NCBI GenBank assembly: GCA_964620955.1
Contig: CAZUKH010000003.1
Location: 6,587-64,973, forward strand
DNA: 58,387 nucleotides
Direction: 5' to 3'
Origin: an uncultured Candidatus Saccharibacteria bacterium
GTDB lineage: Bacteria > Patescibacteriota > Dojkabacteria > J137
Position numbers and translations under genes: made by a program. Below are positions 29,270-37,721 of the stretch, piece after piece. The notes under the pieces were generated by a model. The model ran no database searches. It was not told where the DNA came from and was given only the letters and a program-made list of their open reading frames with translations. Position 1 is the stretch's first letter. Each line of letters begins with the position of its first letter.

Positions 29270-29766
29270 TTTCAATAATTGCAGCAATGTCTCAAAATCG
29301 GGTTATAGGTAAACAAGGCAGTATTCCTTGGAATATTTCGGAGGATCTAGCCCGTTTTTATAAGTTAACTATTGGTCATGTAGTTATCATGGGCCGAAAG
29401 ACTTTTGAAAGTATTCCTTCTGGTCTTCCTGGCAGAAAAATTATTGTTTTAAGTCGTACAACAAAAGCTGAGAATAAGGCAGATTCAGTTTTTTGGACAA
29501 ACTCATTAGAGCAAGCAATTGAAAAAGCACAATCATTAAGTAATGGTAATGAGGTATTTATTGCAGGTGGTGGAGAAATCTACAAACAAACTATTGGTTT
29601 GTCTCAAAAAATATACCTCACAGTTATAAAGGCAGATGTAGAAGGAGATACTTTTTTCCCAGAAGTTGCGGTTAGTGAATGGAAGTTGAAATCAAATAAA
29701 AAAAGAGTTGCGCAGGTAAACGACCAAAGCGTTACATACGCTTTTGAGGAATGGGAAAGAATTTAA
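29266..29766 (+). CDS. folA: Dihydrofolate reductase
   Basis: IIAAMSQNRVIG..IPW, VIMGRKTFES, LPGR, IAGGGEIY, GDTFFP; ATGA overlap with thyA. Confidence 0.97.
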   Translation: MISIIAAMSQNRVIGKQGSIPWNISEDLARFYKLTIGHVVIMGRKTFESIPSGLPGRKIIVLSRTTKAENKADSVFWTNSLEQAIEKAQSLSNGNEVFIAGGGEIYKQTIGLSQKIYLTVIKADVEGDTFFPEVAVSEWKLKSNKKRVAQVNDQSVTYAFEEWERI

Positions 29767-29832
29767 GCTAACAACTTCCTAAGTTAGTAAAACCGTGCTA
29801 ATATTTAGCATTACATTTTACCTTTTTAGTAA

Positions 29833-30150
29833 ATGAGCAATCATGTACTATTCGTTGCAGGCCGTGCAACAAAAGACGCCGAGCTATTAAAAAGCAAGGC
29901 TGATAAATCTTTCGCTAAGTTTTCTGTGGCTGTGAATGACTTTAATAGTCAAACTAAGGAAAGTACACCGTATTACTATGATGTGTTAGTTTTTGGAAAA
30001 AGCGCCGAAACAGTTGAGTCCAAAGTAAAAAAAGGTGATATGGTTGTTGTTCAAGGTAAGCCGCAAGTTGAGGCCTATGTTTCTAAGAAAACAAAAGAAG
30101 CAAAAGCTACAATTACTATAGTTGCCGATATATGGAATGTTGTTAAATAA
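29833..30150 (+). CDS. ssb: Single-stranded DNA-binding protein, short form without acidic tail
   Basis: NHV...GRATKD, FSVAVN, FGKSAE..KKGDMVVVQG OB-fold; 105 aa. Confidence 0.85.
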   Translation: MSNHVLFVAGRATKDAELLKSKADKSFAKFSVAVNDFNSQTKESTPYYYDVLVFGKSAETVESKVKKGDMVVVQGKPQVEAYVSKKTKEAKATITIVADIWNVVK

Positions 30151-30180
30151 AAACCAACCGGCTTACGCCTGGGGTTTTTT
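30149..30180 (+). terminator. Hairpin/terminator after ssb (also resembles an IS200/IS605 end hairpin)
   Basis: AAAAACCAACCGGC TTAC GCCTGGGGTTTTTT. Confidence 0.55.
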
Positions 30181-30213
30181 GTTGTTACAGATGCGTTGGC
30201 ACCTGAAACTTTT

Positions 30214-30250
30214 GCCTACATCCCAGATCTTACGATTGGGTATTAAGGCG
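30214..30250 (+). mobile_element. Degenerate IS200/IS605-family end remnant
   Basis: GCCTACATCCCAGATCTTACGATTGGGTATTAAGGCG, an imperfect hairpin resembling the recalled GCCTTACATCCCC..GGGGTTTTACGGCG type of IS605-family end; no transposase nearby. Confidence 0.4.
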
Positions 30251-30263
30251 TTACAATAAAATT

Positions 30264-30308
30264 CCCCTGTCTTTTATTTCAAATCTGCCTCAGGCAGGCA
30301 AGACTAAA
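30264..30308. repeat. Composite REP-like element, degenerate copy 3
   Basis: CCCCTGTCT..TCTGCCTCAGGCAGGCAAGACTAAA versus CCCTGTCTGCTACCAGGCAGGCAGGACTAAA at 17826. Confidence 0.45.
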
Positions 30309-30390
30309 ATTATTAGTTCATAATAATAGACACTCCTACAAATTTAGTTAAGCCTGATGTAAACTGGGTCATGTTATTATAATTATAAAC

Positions 30391-30708
30391 ATGACCCAGT
30401 ACCTGAAAGGTTTTTTTATTTGGTGGTTTTATTATGTAGCTAGAATACAATTAGCTAGATTTAGTACCGTATTCTACTTTGTAGCAAATTACACAAGAAC
30501 ACTTCCCATGTTTTTGAATTTAGCAAAACCACTATATGGAGACAAATCAGCTGCCGGAAGATTTATGGGAATATTTATACGCTTTAACTGGGTTATTTTT
30601 GGGGGAGCTATTACAGCACTTATCGTTATCCCTTACTTTGTCCTCACACTAGGAATTATTTTTACCCCAGCGCTGGTACTGGTTTTAGCTATCTTAGCCA
30701 TAATTTAA
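30391..30708 (+). CDS. Small membrane protein coupled to the Clp ATPase
   Basis: WWFY..LAKPLYGDKS..GRFMGIFIR followed by a long hydrophobic segment; stop overlaps next start. Confidence 0.75.
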   Translation: MTQYLKGFFIWWFYYVARIQLARFSTVFYFVANYTRTLPMFLNLAKPLYGDKSAAGRFMGIFIRFNWVIFGGAITALIVIPYFVLTLGIIFTPALVLVLAILAII

Positions 30709-33245
30709 TGCGAATATATTCTGGTAAAACAAAAATAGGTAAGCTAAATAGGAATATAGATTTAGTTATAGATTTTGATGACCTTTTTAAAGATAAAGGT
30801 TTAAAGGGCCTTAAAGAAAACATTGAAAAAAAAATTGGAGGGTTGCTTATAATACTCGGCGCATTAACTACAATTGTATTTTTCTCAATTCTTCAAACAG
30901 GGCAAAATATCGAAATACTTTTGCCATTAGCACTTGCAGTAACTCTTTACGGCTTTTACCTAAATAGAGATAGAGATACTTATGACACAATAGTAGAGCC
31001 TAAGAATCTTTATGAATCTGTAAAAAATAGCAGGATTAATCAAATAGAGGTTGAAAACTACATTACTAATAGTGTAAATGTTGTCTTGGACTCAGTTATT
31101 TTCAACTATCCAAATTCTTTTTTGCAACAAACTTTAACACAGCTTTTTAGGTTTCCAAAGGTAAAAGAATTTGTTGAAATGCGAATAGGCTTGGAAGCTG
31201 CAAAAGTTTTAAAGCTTATTAAAAAGGATCTTACTCAAGATACATTTGACGAGTTATATAAAGATTTGTTTTTAAAACTTTTTGAGGTAGGGCTAGAAAT
31301 TAAAGTAAAAATTATAGATGAAATCCTTTTTACACTAATATTGTTAAAAAGTTACTGTTTAAGATACTTACAGGTATATGGTGTTACTGAGCTTGAGCTA
31401 GAAGCTTTAATATCTTGGTATGGTAATAATCTTAAAGTTAATGACTTTAAATCACGGTGGTCATTACTAAGATTTGTTAAGCCAAAAGGAGCAGTAAATA
31501 TTGCATTTACGTCACGAGCTACTCCAACCCTTGATTCTTTTTCAACTGACTTTACGGCAGATGCTGCCAAGGGTAACTTTTTTGTCTCAACCGGGAAAGA
31601 TTTTGTTGTTAAAGAGATTCTTACAACTTTGCAAAAAGAGTCTGACTCTGCTGTTATTTTAATAGGTGCTGCTGGAGTAGGTAAAACATCAGTTTTAAAA
31701 GATGTTGCCACAAAGATGGTAGTTGAAGATGTTCCTTATCAAATTCAAGACTATAGATTATCAGTTATAGACATATCATCTGCAATGGCTCTTTCAGGTT
31801 CGGGTAACTCTTTCTTAAATTCCCTTATGCAAATAATAAAAGAGGCAACAATTGCAGGAAATGTTGTTCTTACAATTGAAAACCTTGGTCAGTTAGCTAT
31901 GCTTAAAGAAGATGCAGTAAAAGAGATTGTAAATGCAATTATTAACTCTGTTTCTACTAATAATTTAAAGGTTATTGCTACAAGTACAACTGAGGAATAT
32001 CAAAGGAAATTAAAAAACATTCCAGCACTAATGGCGGTTTTTTCGTTGATTGAAATCCCTGAGCCGCCAAAAGAAAAGGCTATGCAAATTATTCTTGATC
32101 AGGCAATTAACATTGAGAAAAAGTATAAATTAAAAATTAGTGTTGAAGCTGTAAGGCATATAGTAGAAATAGGTTCGAGCATATTGTATGAAAAGGCAAT
32201 GCCGGACAAAGGAATAGAATTGCTTGAAAATGTGGCTATCTTAGCTAACTCTAGGGGTCAAAAATTTGTAGATGCACAAATAGCTGATGAAGTTTTGTCT
32301 CAAAAGGCAGGCACAAAAGTGGGACTTTCCGATGAAGAAGAAAGGCAAAAACTTGCTAACCTTGAAGAACTCATGCATAAAAGGGTTATTGGGCAAGTTG
32401 AAGCTGTGACTGCTGTATCTTTTGCTATGAAAAGAGCAAGGAGTGGACTTAAAAAAGCTAACAGAAATATTGCTAACTTTTTATTTTTTGGTCCAACAGG
32501 AGTTGGCAAAACAGAGGTGGCTAAAACACTTGCCGAGAGTTTTTATGGAGATGAGAAAAATATGATAAGGCTAGATATGTCCGAGTTTAGTTTAAAGGAA
32601 AGTGTAAAAAGACTTATAGGTTACACAGATGAGAATGGAGAGATTGTTTCAGGAATACTAAGCGAGCAGGTAAAGAAAAAGCCATTTTCGTTAATATTGT
32701 TTGATGAGTTGGATAAAGCCAGCCCTAATGTACTAGATCTTTTTTTGCAAATACTTGATGAAGGAAGACTTACTGATGGAAGCGGCAGGATTATTGATTT
32801 TAAAAATACTATTGTTATCGCAACTTCAAATGCGGGTTCAGCTTTTATAGCCCAAAGTATATCTGCTGGTAAAACATATAGAGAAATAGTACCTAAGGCA
32901 AAAGACAATTTACAAAAATATTTTAGAGTAGAGTTTTTGAACAGATTTGATGAGATAGTAATGTTCCGAGCGCTTTCATTTACAGAGATTCAGAGAATTG
33001 CGGAAATTAAATTAAAACTTCTTCAAGCAAAACTTAAAGATGAAGGGTATACTTTTGAGTGGGACGTGAAAACAGTCGATCAGATAACTAAATTGGGATT
33101 TAATCCTGTTTTTGGAGGTAGAGAGTTAAATAGAGCTATTCAAAACAATATTGAAAATGTAATAGCTCAAGGGATAGTAGAAGAAAAAATACGTAAAGGA
33201 AATACAATTAAGTTTAGTGGATTAGAAATAGAAACTTTTAATTAA
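30708..33245 (+). CDS. ClpA/ClpB-family double-AAA+ ATPase with N-terminal TM hairpin
   Basis: Two TM helices near aa 44-85; NBD1 GAAGVGKT with degenerate Walker B (LTIENL); MPDKGI; NBD2 GPTGVGKTE, RLDMSEF, ILFDELDKA, EFLNRFD. Confidence 0.88.
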   Translation: MRIYSGKTKIGKLNRNIDLVIDFDDLFKDKGLKGLKENIEKKIGGLLIILGALTTIVFFSILQTGQNIEILLPLALAVTLYGFYLNRDRDTYDTIVEPKNLYESVKNSRINQIEVENYITNSVNVVLDSVIFNYPNSFLQQTLTQLFRFPKVKEFVEMRIGLEAAKVLKLIKKDLTQDTFDELYKDLFLKLFEVGLEIKVKIIDEILFTLILLKSYCLRYLQVYGVTELELEALISWYGNNLKVNDFKSRWSLLRFVKPKGAVNIAFTSRATPTLDSFSTDFTADAAKGNFFVSTGKDFVVKEILTTLQKESDSAVILIGAAGVGKTSVLKDVATKMVVEDVPYQIQDYRLSVIDISSAMALSGSGNSFLNSLMQIIKEATIAGNVVLTIENLGQLAMLKEDAVKEIVNAIINSVSTNNLKVIATSTTEEYQRKLKNIPALMAVFSLIEIPEPPKEKAMQIILDQAINIEKKYKLKISVEAVRHIVEIGSSILYEKAMPDKGIELLENVAILANSRGQKFVDAQIADEVLSQKAGTKVGLSDEEERQKLANLEELMHKRVIGQVEAVTAVSFAMKRARSGLKKANRNIANFLFFGPTGVGKTEVAKTLAESFYGDEKNMIRLDMSEFSLKESVKRLIGYTDENGEIVSGILSEQVKKKPFSLILFDELDKASPNVLDLFLQILDEGRLTDGSGRIIDFKNTIVIATSNAGSAFIAQSISAGKTYREIVPKAKDNLQKYFRVEFLNRFDEIVMFRALSFTEIQRIAEIKLKLLQAKLKDEGYTFEWDVKTVDQITKLGFNPVFGGRELNRAIQNNIENVIAQGIVEEKIRKGNTIKFSGLEIETFN

Positions 33246-33293
33246 TGGTATTAATTGATAAACTGGAAATAATTTGCTGTTAAATTAATTGAA

Positions 33294-33650
33294 ATGCCTA
33301 AGTTAATAACTTTTTTTTCTACTTTTATAATTGTTTTAATTGGTTTTATACAACCTGTTTTTGCACAAAATTTTGGATACCAGGTACCTAATCCTTCACA
33401 ATATGATTCGCTTGAAGAAATACTTAATGCTGCAGGGTCTCTTATACGACCAGTATTTATTATTACTTTTGGGGCAATGATTATCTATGCTGCATTTATT
33501 TTATTGACTTCGCAAGGAGATGAGGAAAAGGTTGGAAATGCAAGGAAGACAATTGTGGCAGCAATAATTGGTTTTGCAATTGCGGTGCTTGCCCCAACCA
33601 TAGCCAATATTGTACTTAATTTCCTGGGGGTACAGGGTATAGGCTTTTAA
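33294..33650 (+). CDS. VirB2/TrbC-like pilin 1
   Basis: Signal peptide (VFA|Q), two hydrophobic helices joined by TSQGDEEKVGNARKTIVAAIIG. Confidence 0.8.
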   Translation: MPKLITFFSTFIIVLIGFIQPVFAQNFGYQVPNPSQYDSLEEILNAAGSLIRPVFIITFGAMIIYAAFILLTSQGDEEKVGNARKTIVAAIIGFAIAVLAPTIANIVLNFLGVQGIGF

Positions 33651-33651
33651 A

Positions 33652-34335
33652 ATGAAAAGAGCAATAGTAATTTTAATACTAACAGGATTTACTATTCCAT
33701 TATTTGGAGTAAGTGTGCATGCTGCTTTTTGTGGGGCCAATTCAGGTAGCTGCGTGGGGCGTGAAGTAGGCTCTTCTTGTTCCGATGGTGTAGTTAAAGG
33801 AATGTGTACTATAAGTGGTAATGCTAATCAATGCGTATGCAAGTCTTCTCCAATTTGCATACCTTCGGAATGCCCAAATGACTATGAGCCTGACTTTAAT
33901 TGCATAAACAAAAAACTTTTTGACCCAAGTTATGGTTGTTGTGAAAATAAATGTAAAGGTTCACCTTCTCCAACACAGATCCCAAGTGAGCTTTCACCTT
34001 TAATAACTATATTTGGACAAACTTTTGCTATAAAAAATGGGCAGCAAATTCCAACTTTAATTAACTTGGCAATATCAACTGTGCTAGGGGTTATTTCAGT
34101 TTATGCGGTTCTTAACGGGATTTACCTTACTGGTTTTAAAAGAGCAAATACTACCGATCAAGCAGAAATTGAAAAAATTAATAAAAATTTAACAACGATG
34201 ATACTCGGATTTATTTTAGCGTGGTCTTTTATTATTATTATTCAACTTGTATCAAGTTTGCTTGGTCTTGGAAGTTTAAGTAACCTAACTGTAATAGGAG
34301 GGGGAGATGGCGGTTCAACTATAACAATAATGTAA
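33652..34335 (+). CDS. VirB2/TrbC-like pilin 2 with Cys-rich N-terminal domain
   Basis: Signal peptide, 12 Cys, helical hairpin with TDQAEIEKINKNLTTMILG. Confidence 0.7.
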   Translation: MKRAIVILILTGFTIPLFGVSVHAAFCGANSGSCVGREVGSSCSDGVVKGMCTISGNANQCVCKSSPICIPSECPNDYEPDFNCINKKLFDPSYGCCENKCKGSPSPTQIPSELSPLITIFGQTFAIKNGQQIPTLINLAISTVLGVISVYAVLNGIYLTGFKRANTTDQAEIEKINKNLTTMILGFILAWSFIIIIQLVSSLLGLGSLSNLTVIGGGDGGSTITIM

Positions 34336-34340
34336 TGTAA

Positions 34341-34940
34341 ATGAAAAAGTTATTTGTTTTTACAATAAATATATTGCTACTGATTGCATTTGTAACTCCT
34401 GTATCTGCTCAATCAGGCGTTGGGCAAGTAGGTGATACAGGGTTTAAAATAGACCCTGTAATTGGATTGCAACCTGTTTCAATTACCTTTTTTAATCAAA
34501 TTGCATTGCCCGGTGGACCATATTCAACAGTACTTTCATGGATAAGTTTTGGAGGAAGTATTGCTTCAATTGGACTAATAGTGTTTTGGATTTACAGACT
34601 AATTAAAGCTTCGGCCGAGGCATTACAAAGCGAGGGTAACGAAGAAGGGCTGGCCGAAGCTTACAAAAAGGTGAAGTCTGTATTTATTGGTGCGGCATTA
34701 GCTATACTTTTTCCGGTTGGACTAAGCGTTATAGGTTTCCTTATGGGGTTAGGACCAATTTGGTCTTGGCCTGCTGCACTAAGAAGCTGTCCAGGAGCAA
34801 ACGGAACAGATTCAGGTTTTTATTTCCAAGAAGTATTAAAACAAGTGAATAATGGTGTTTCTGACCCAACTGGCGCGGCCGATGCTGCTTGCGGTTACGA
34901 TTTCTCAACTCAAAAAAATACGCTACAAGAAAATCTATGA
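34341..34940 (+). CDS. VirB2/TrbC-like pilin 3
   Basis: Signal peptide (VSA|Q), QSEGNEEGLAEAYKKVKSVFIG hairpin loop. Confidence 0.72.
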   Translation: MKKLFVFTINILLLIAFVTPVSAQSGVGQVGDTGFKIDPVIGLQPVSITFFNQIALPGGPYSTVLSWISFGGSIASIGLIVFWIYRLIKASAEALQSEGNEEGLAEAYKKVKSVFIGAALAILFPVGLSVIGFLMGLGPIWSWPAALRSCPGANGTDSGFYFQEVLKQVNNGVSDPTGAADAACGYDFSTQKNTLQENL

Positions 34941-35395
34941 AAAAATCTTTTGCATTAAAATATTTAAAGCTATTAAGCTTTTTATGGGCTCAATTATTAG
35001 TTACTGTTGCTTTTAGCAGTAGGATTTTTGCTCAATATGATGTATGTGACTTTTTGCCTTGTGGGGTGGTGCCTGGCTATCAAAGTAGTGCAACCGATTC
35101 AATGACTATAGTTGAAAGACTTTTTTATTTTGGAGTAAGCTTGATATTTGTAGGTTTGGTTGCATTTGGTATTTTTATTATTGTTAAAGCAGCCTATAAA
35201 ATAGTTAGGAGCGAAGGAAATGAAGACCAGCTTCAAGAAGGGGCTAAAGCAATAAAAACTGTGTTTATTGGGCTTGCAATGCTAGTGGCAGGTATAGTAG
35301 GATTATTGGTAATGACATACATTCTTGGTGCATCAGATATTTTTAATGCCAATGTAGAGTCACCAGATGGTATAGACTTACCTATTATTAATTAA
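34937..35395 (+). CDS. VirB2/TrbC-like pilin 4
   Basis: ATGA overlap start, signal peptide (IFA|Q), RSEGNEDQLQEGAKAIKTVFIG. Confidence 0.75.
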   Translation: MKKSFALKYLKLLSFLWAQLLVTVAFSSRIFAQYDVCDFLPCGVVPGYQSSATDSMTIVERLFYFGVSLIFVGLVAFGIFIIVKAAYKIVRSEGNEDQLQEGAKAIKTVFIGLAMLVAGIVGLLVMTYILGASDIFNANVESPDGIDLPIIN

Positions 35396-35398
35396 AAT

Positions 35399-35785
35399 AT
35401 GGATAACTTACTTTGTCAAATTTTCCCATTTCTAAAGGGGATAAAATTTGCAGAAAGTCTTTGTGGGTCTGATATTTCTGGAGGTGCTGCGAGTGCCATT
35501 GATACTGGCGAGGCATTAATTCAATTTGCTCTTTCAATGATTTTTGTGGGTATTATTGCATTTGCAATATTTGTAATCATTAAGGCTGCAGTAAAGTATA
35601 TTAGAAGTGAAGGGGATGAAAGCAAAGTAGAAGAGGCTAATAAAGCAATTAAAAATGTCTTTATTGGAATAGGTGCATTGATTGTGGGGGTTATAGGCCT
35701 TGTGATTATTCTTGGTATTTTCAGTAGCGCTTCAGGGGGGTTGCTTGATACCCAAGACCCACCGTTAGAAAATATTTTGCCATAA
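35399..35785 (+). CDS. VirB2/TrbC-like pilin 5
   Basis: RSEGDESKVEEANKAIKNVFIG between two hydrophobic helices; no clear signal peptide. Confidence 0.75.
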   Translation: MDNLLCQIFPFLKGIKFAESLCGSDISGGAASAIDTGEALIQFALSMIFVGIIAFAIFVIIKAAVKYIRSEGDESKVEEANKAIKNVFIGIGALIVGVIGLVIILGIFSSASGGLLDTQDPPLENILP

Positions 35786-35811
35786 ATCGTTAAGTAATCA
35801 GTTTAAAATCT

Positions 35812-35839
35812 AAACCCAAGGCAAGACTTGGGTTTTTTT
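35812..35839 (+). terminator. Intrinsic terminator after pilin 5
   Basis: AAACCCAAG GCAAGA CTTGGGTTT TTTT. Confidence 0.8.
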
Positions 35840-35875
35840 GCTGCAAAGTTTTGGCTAATGCTCTACAATGTATTT

Positions 35876-36652
35876 ATGAAAAGGGTTTTAAAAACAATTA
35901 TTTTAGTACTGGTTTTTAGCATAATACCGTTGATCTTTAAGAGCTTAACATATGCTCAAGTTCAATCGACAAATTTTTCGGGATCCAGTAAAGAAAGTTA
36001 CCAGTGTTTTAAACCTGATGGAACACCTTCCGAAGTATCAGATGTAAGGTCAAGTGGAAATACAGGTTATTGGCTTTGCGTTTGTAATGATGGTAGCGAT
36101 CCAGCCATAAACGGAATTTGTAATTTTAATCAAGATACCAAATGCGAAAAAACAGAAAAACCAGGCGACCCAGGGTGTAATGCGCAACAGGCTGTAATAA
36201 TTCCTCCAACACTTCAGCAACTGGAAATATGGTTTGTAAGAATTTTATACGTAATATGGAGTGTAGTTGGGGCTTTGTCGTTCTTTTATATTGTTGTTTT
36301 GGGTTACAGGTACATGATAACAAGGGGAGATGTAACAAAAGTTACTGAAATAAGGCAAAAGATAATTTATTACATTATAGGGCTTGTTTTAGTATTTCTA
36401 GCTGTACCTATACTAACAACAGTATTTAGGGTACTTGGAATAAATAGACAGGTAGATTGTTACAATGTGCAAATGCCAGGGTTTCAGTTTTTCTTTACCG
36501 ACTTATGCACAGCTCCAAAGTCGGCTTCTGATCCTTGCTCTATAAATGTAGGAGATGCTTGTTCCAACTTCGGCGAAACTGCACAGTGTAATGATTTTTC
36601 ACCACCAGCAATTTTTCAATGTCAAAGTGGTGCTTGGAATAGAATCAACTAG
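35876..36652 (+). CDS. VirB2/TrbC-like pilin 6 with Cys-rich N- and C-terminal domains
   Basis: Signal peptide (TYA|Q), GYRYMITRGDVTKVTEIRQKIIYYIIG; ATG 6 nt after TACAAT. Confidence 0.75.
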   Translation: MKRVLKTIILVLVFSIIPLIFKSLTYAQVQSTNFSGSSKESYQCFKPDGTPSEVSDVRSSGNTGYWLCVCNDGSDPAINGICNFNQDTKCEKTEKPGDPGCNAQQAVIIPPTLQQLEIWFVRILYVIWSVVGALSFFYIVVLGYRYMITRGDVTKVTEIRQKIIYYIIGLVLVFLAVPILTTVFRVLGINRQVDCYNVQMPGFQFFFTDLCTAPKSASDPCSINVGDACSNFGETAQCNDFSPPAIFQCQSGAWNRIN

Positions 36653-36653
36653 T

Positions 36654-37715
36654 ATGGAAAACGAATCACAAAACAAAACTGAATTGGCAGTAAGTACAGT
36701 TACTTCATTGTTTGAGTTTATAGAAAATGTTAGCGCTGAAAATTCACTTCTCAAGAAAAGACTCATTGAAATTGCAATTGACGAGTATAAGCAATATCGT
36801 GACAAAAAAAATAAAGCCATGAAAAGTATTGAGGAAATAAATCAACAAATAGATATGCTTAAACAAAATATTAACAGTGCCGAAGAAATTATTAAAATGA
36901 AAGAAAGGCTTGAGTTTGAAGTAACAAAGTTTTCTCAATACATTAGTGATAATCAACTTGAGGCTAAGGTTGATTCTATTAAAGAAACGCGAATTCAAAA
37001 AATAGTTCAACTACTAAAATCATTCACGGAAAATGCGTTACAAAAAACTGTGAATGTGGCTTTCCCAAAGAATCCACCTAAAAAGCCACTCCATACTTTC
37101 CAACTGCTTATATTAGCACTGGTACCGGTTATAGCTATACTTTTATATGTATATCGCTCAAATAACGAAGTACTTGTTTGGGGAATAGTTTTTTTTATAA
37201 TTCTGTTTTTTGAATTTACAATTTTGTATGTAATTAATGTTGCATTTTCTAATGATTCTAAAGCAGTTTTTGACCTGGATTACACTAGTTTATCTCCAGG
37301 AGATTACGAAAAGTTTATTAAAACACTAAACCCTAAAGAAGATGAGTTTTTGGTAAATGCCGCCTGGGTAGATGCACTTAAAGCAGAGCATTTGAAAATT
37401 CAGAACTCAATTAGAGTAAAGACTGGAGGCAAATCTATAGATCAAATAAAAGTTGAAATAAATAACCTTGAAGATAATTTATCTAAAGTGAATGAAGAAA
37501 TAAACGAAATTTTAGATGTGATGATAACACCAGAGGAGTATTTAACTTTAAAAAGAGAATTAGACATTCTTGCAATAGAAACAGAAGGTCAGCCGGAAAC
37601 CGAAAATTTGTCTTTAGTTTACAATATAAATTCAATACTAGACGACAGGGTCAAAACAATTATAATGAAATATGTGGAATGGGTTCAAAAAGGGGGAATA
37701 AAGGTTCAAACTTAG
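36654..37715 (+). CDS. Coiled-coil protein with central TM hairpin
   Basis: Heptad-rich N- and C-terminal regions flanking two TM helices; ATG at 36654 follows the upstream stop. Confidence 0.7.
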   Translation: MENESQNKTELAVSTVTSLFEFIENVSAENSLLKKRLIEIAIDEYKQYRDKKNKAMKSIEEINQQIDMLKQNINSAEEIIKMKERLEFEVTKFSQYISDNQLEAKVDSIKETRIQKIVQLLKSFTENALQKTVNVAFPKNPPKKPLHTFQLLILALVPVIAILLYVYRSNNEVLVWGIVFFIILFFEFTILYVINVAFSNDSKAVFDLDYTSLSPGDYEKFIKTLNPKEDEFLVNAAWVDALKAEHLKIQNSIRVKTGGKSIDQIKVEINNLEDNLSKVNEEINEILDVMITPEEYLTLKRELDILAIETEGQPETENLSLVYNINSILDDRVKTIIMKYVEWVQKGGIKVQT

Positions 37716-37721
37716 AATCAT

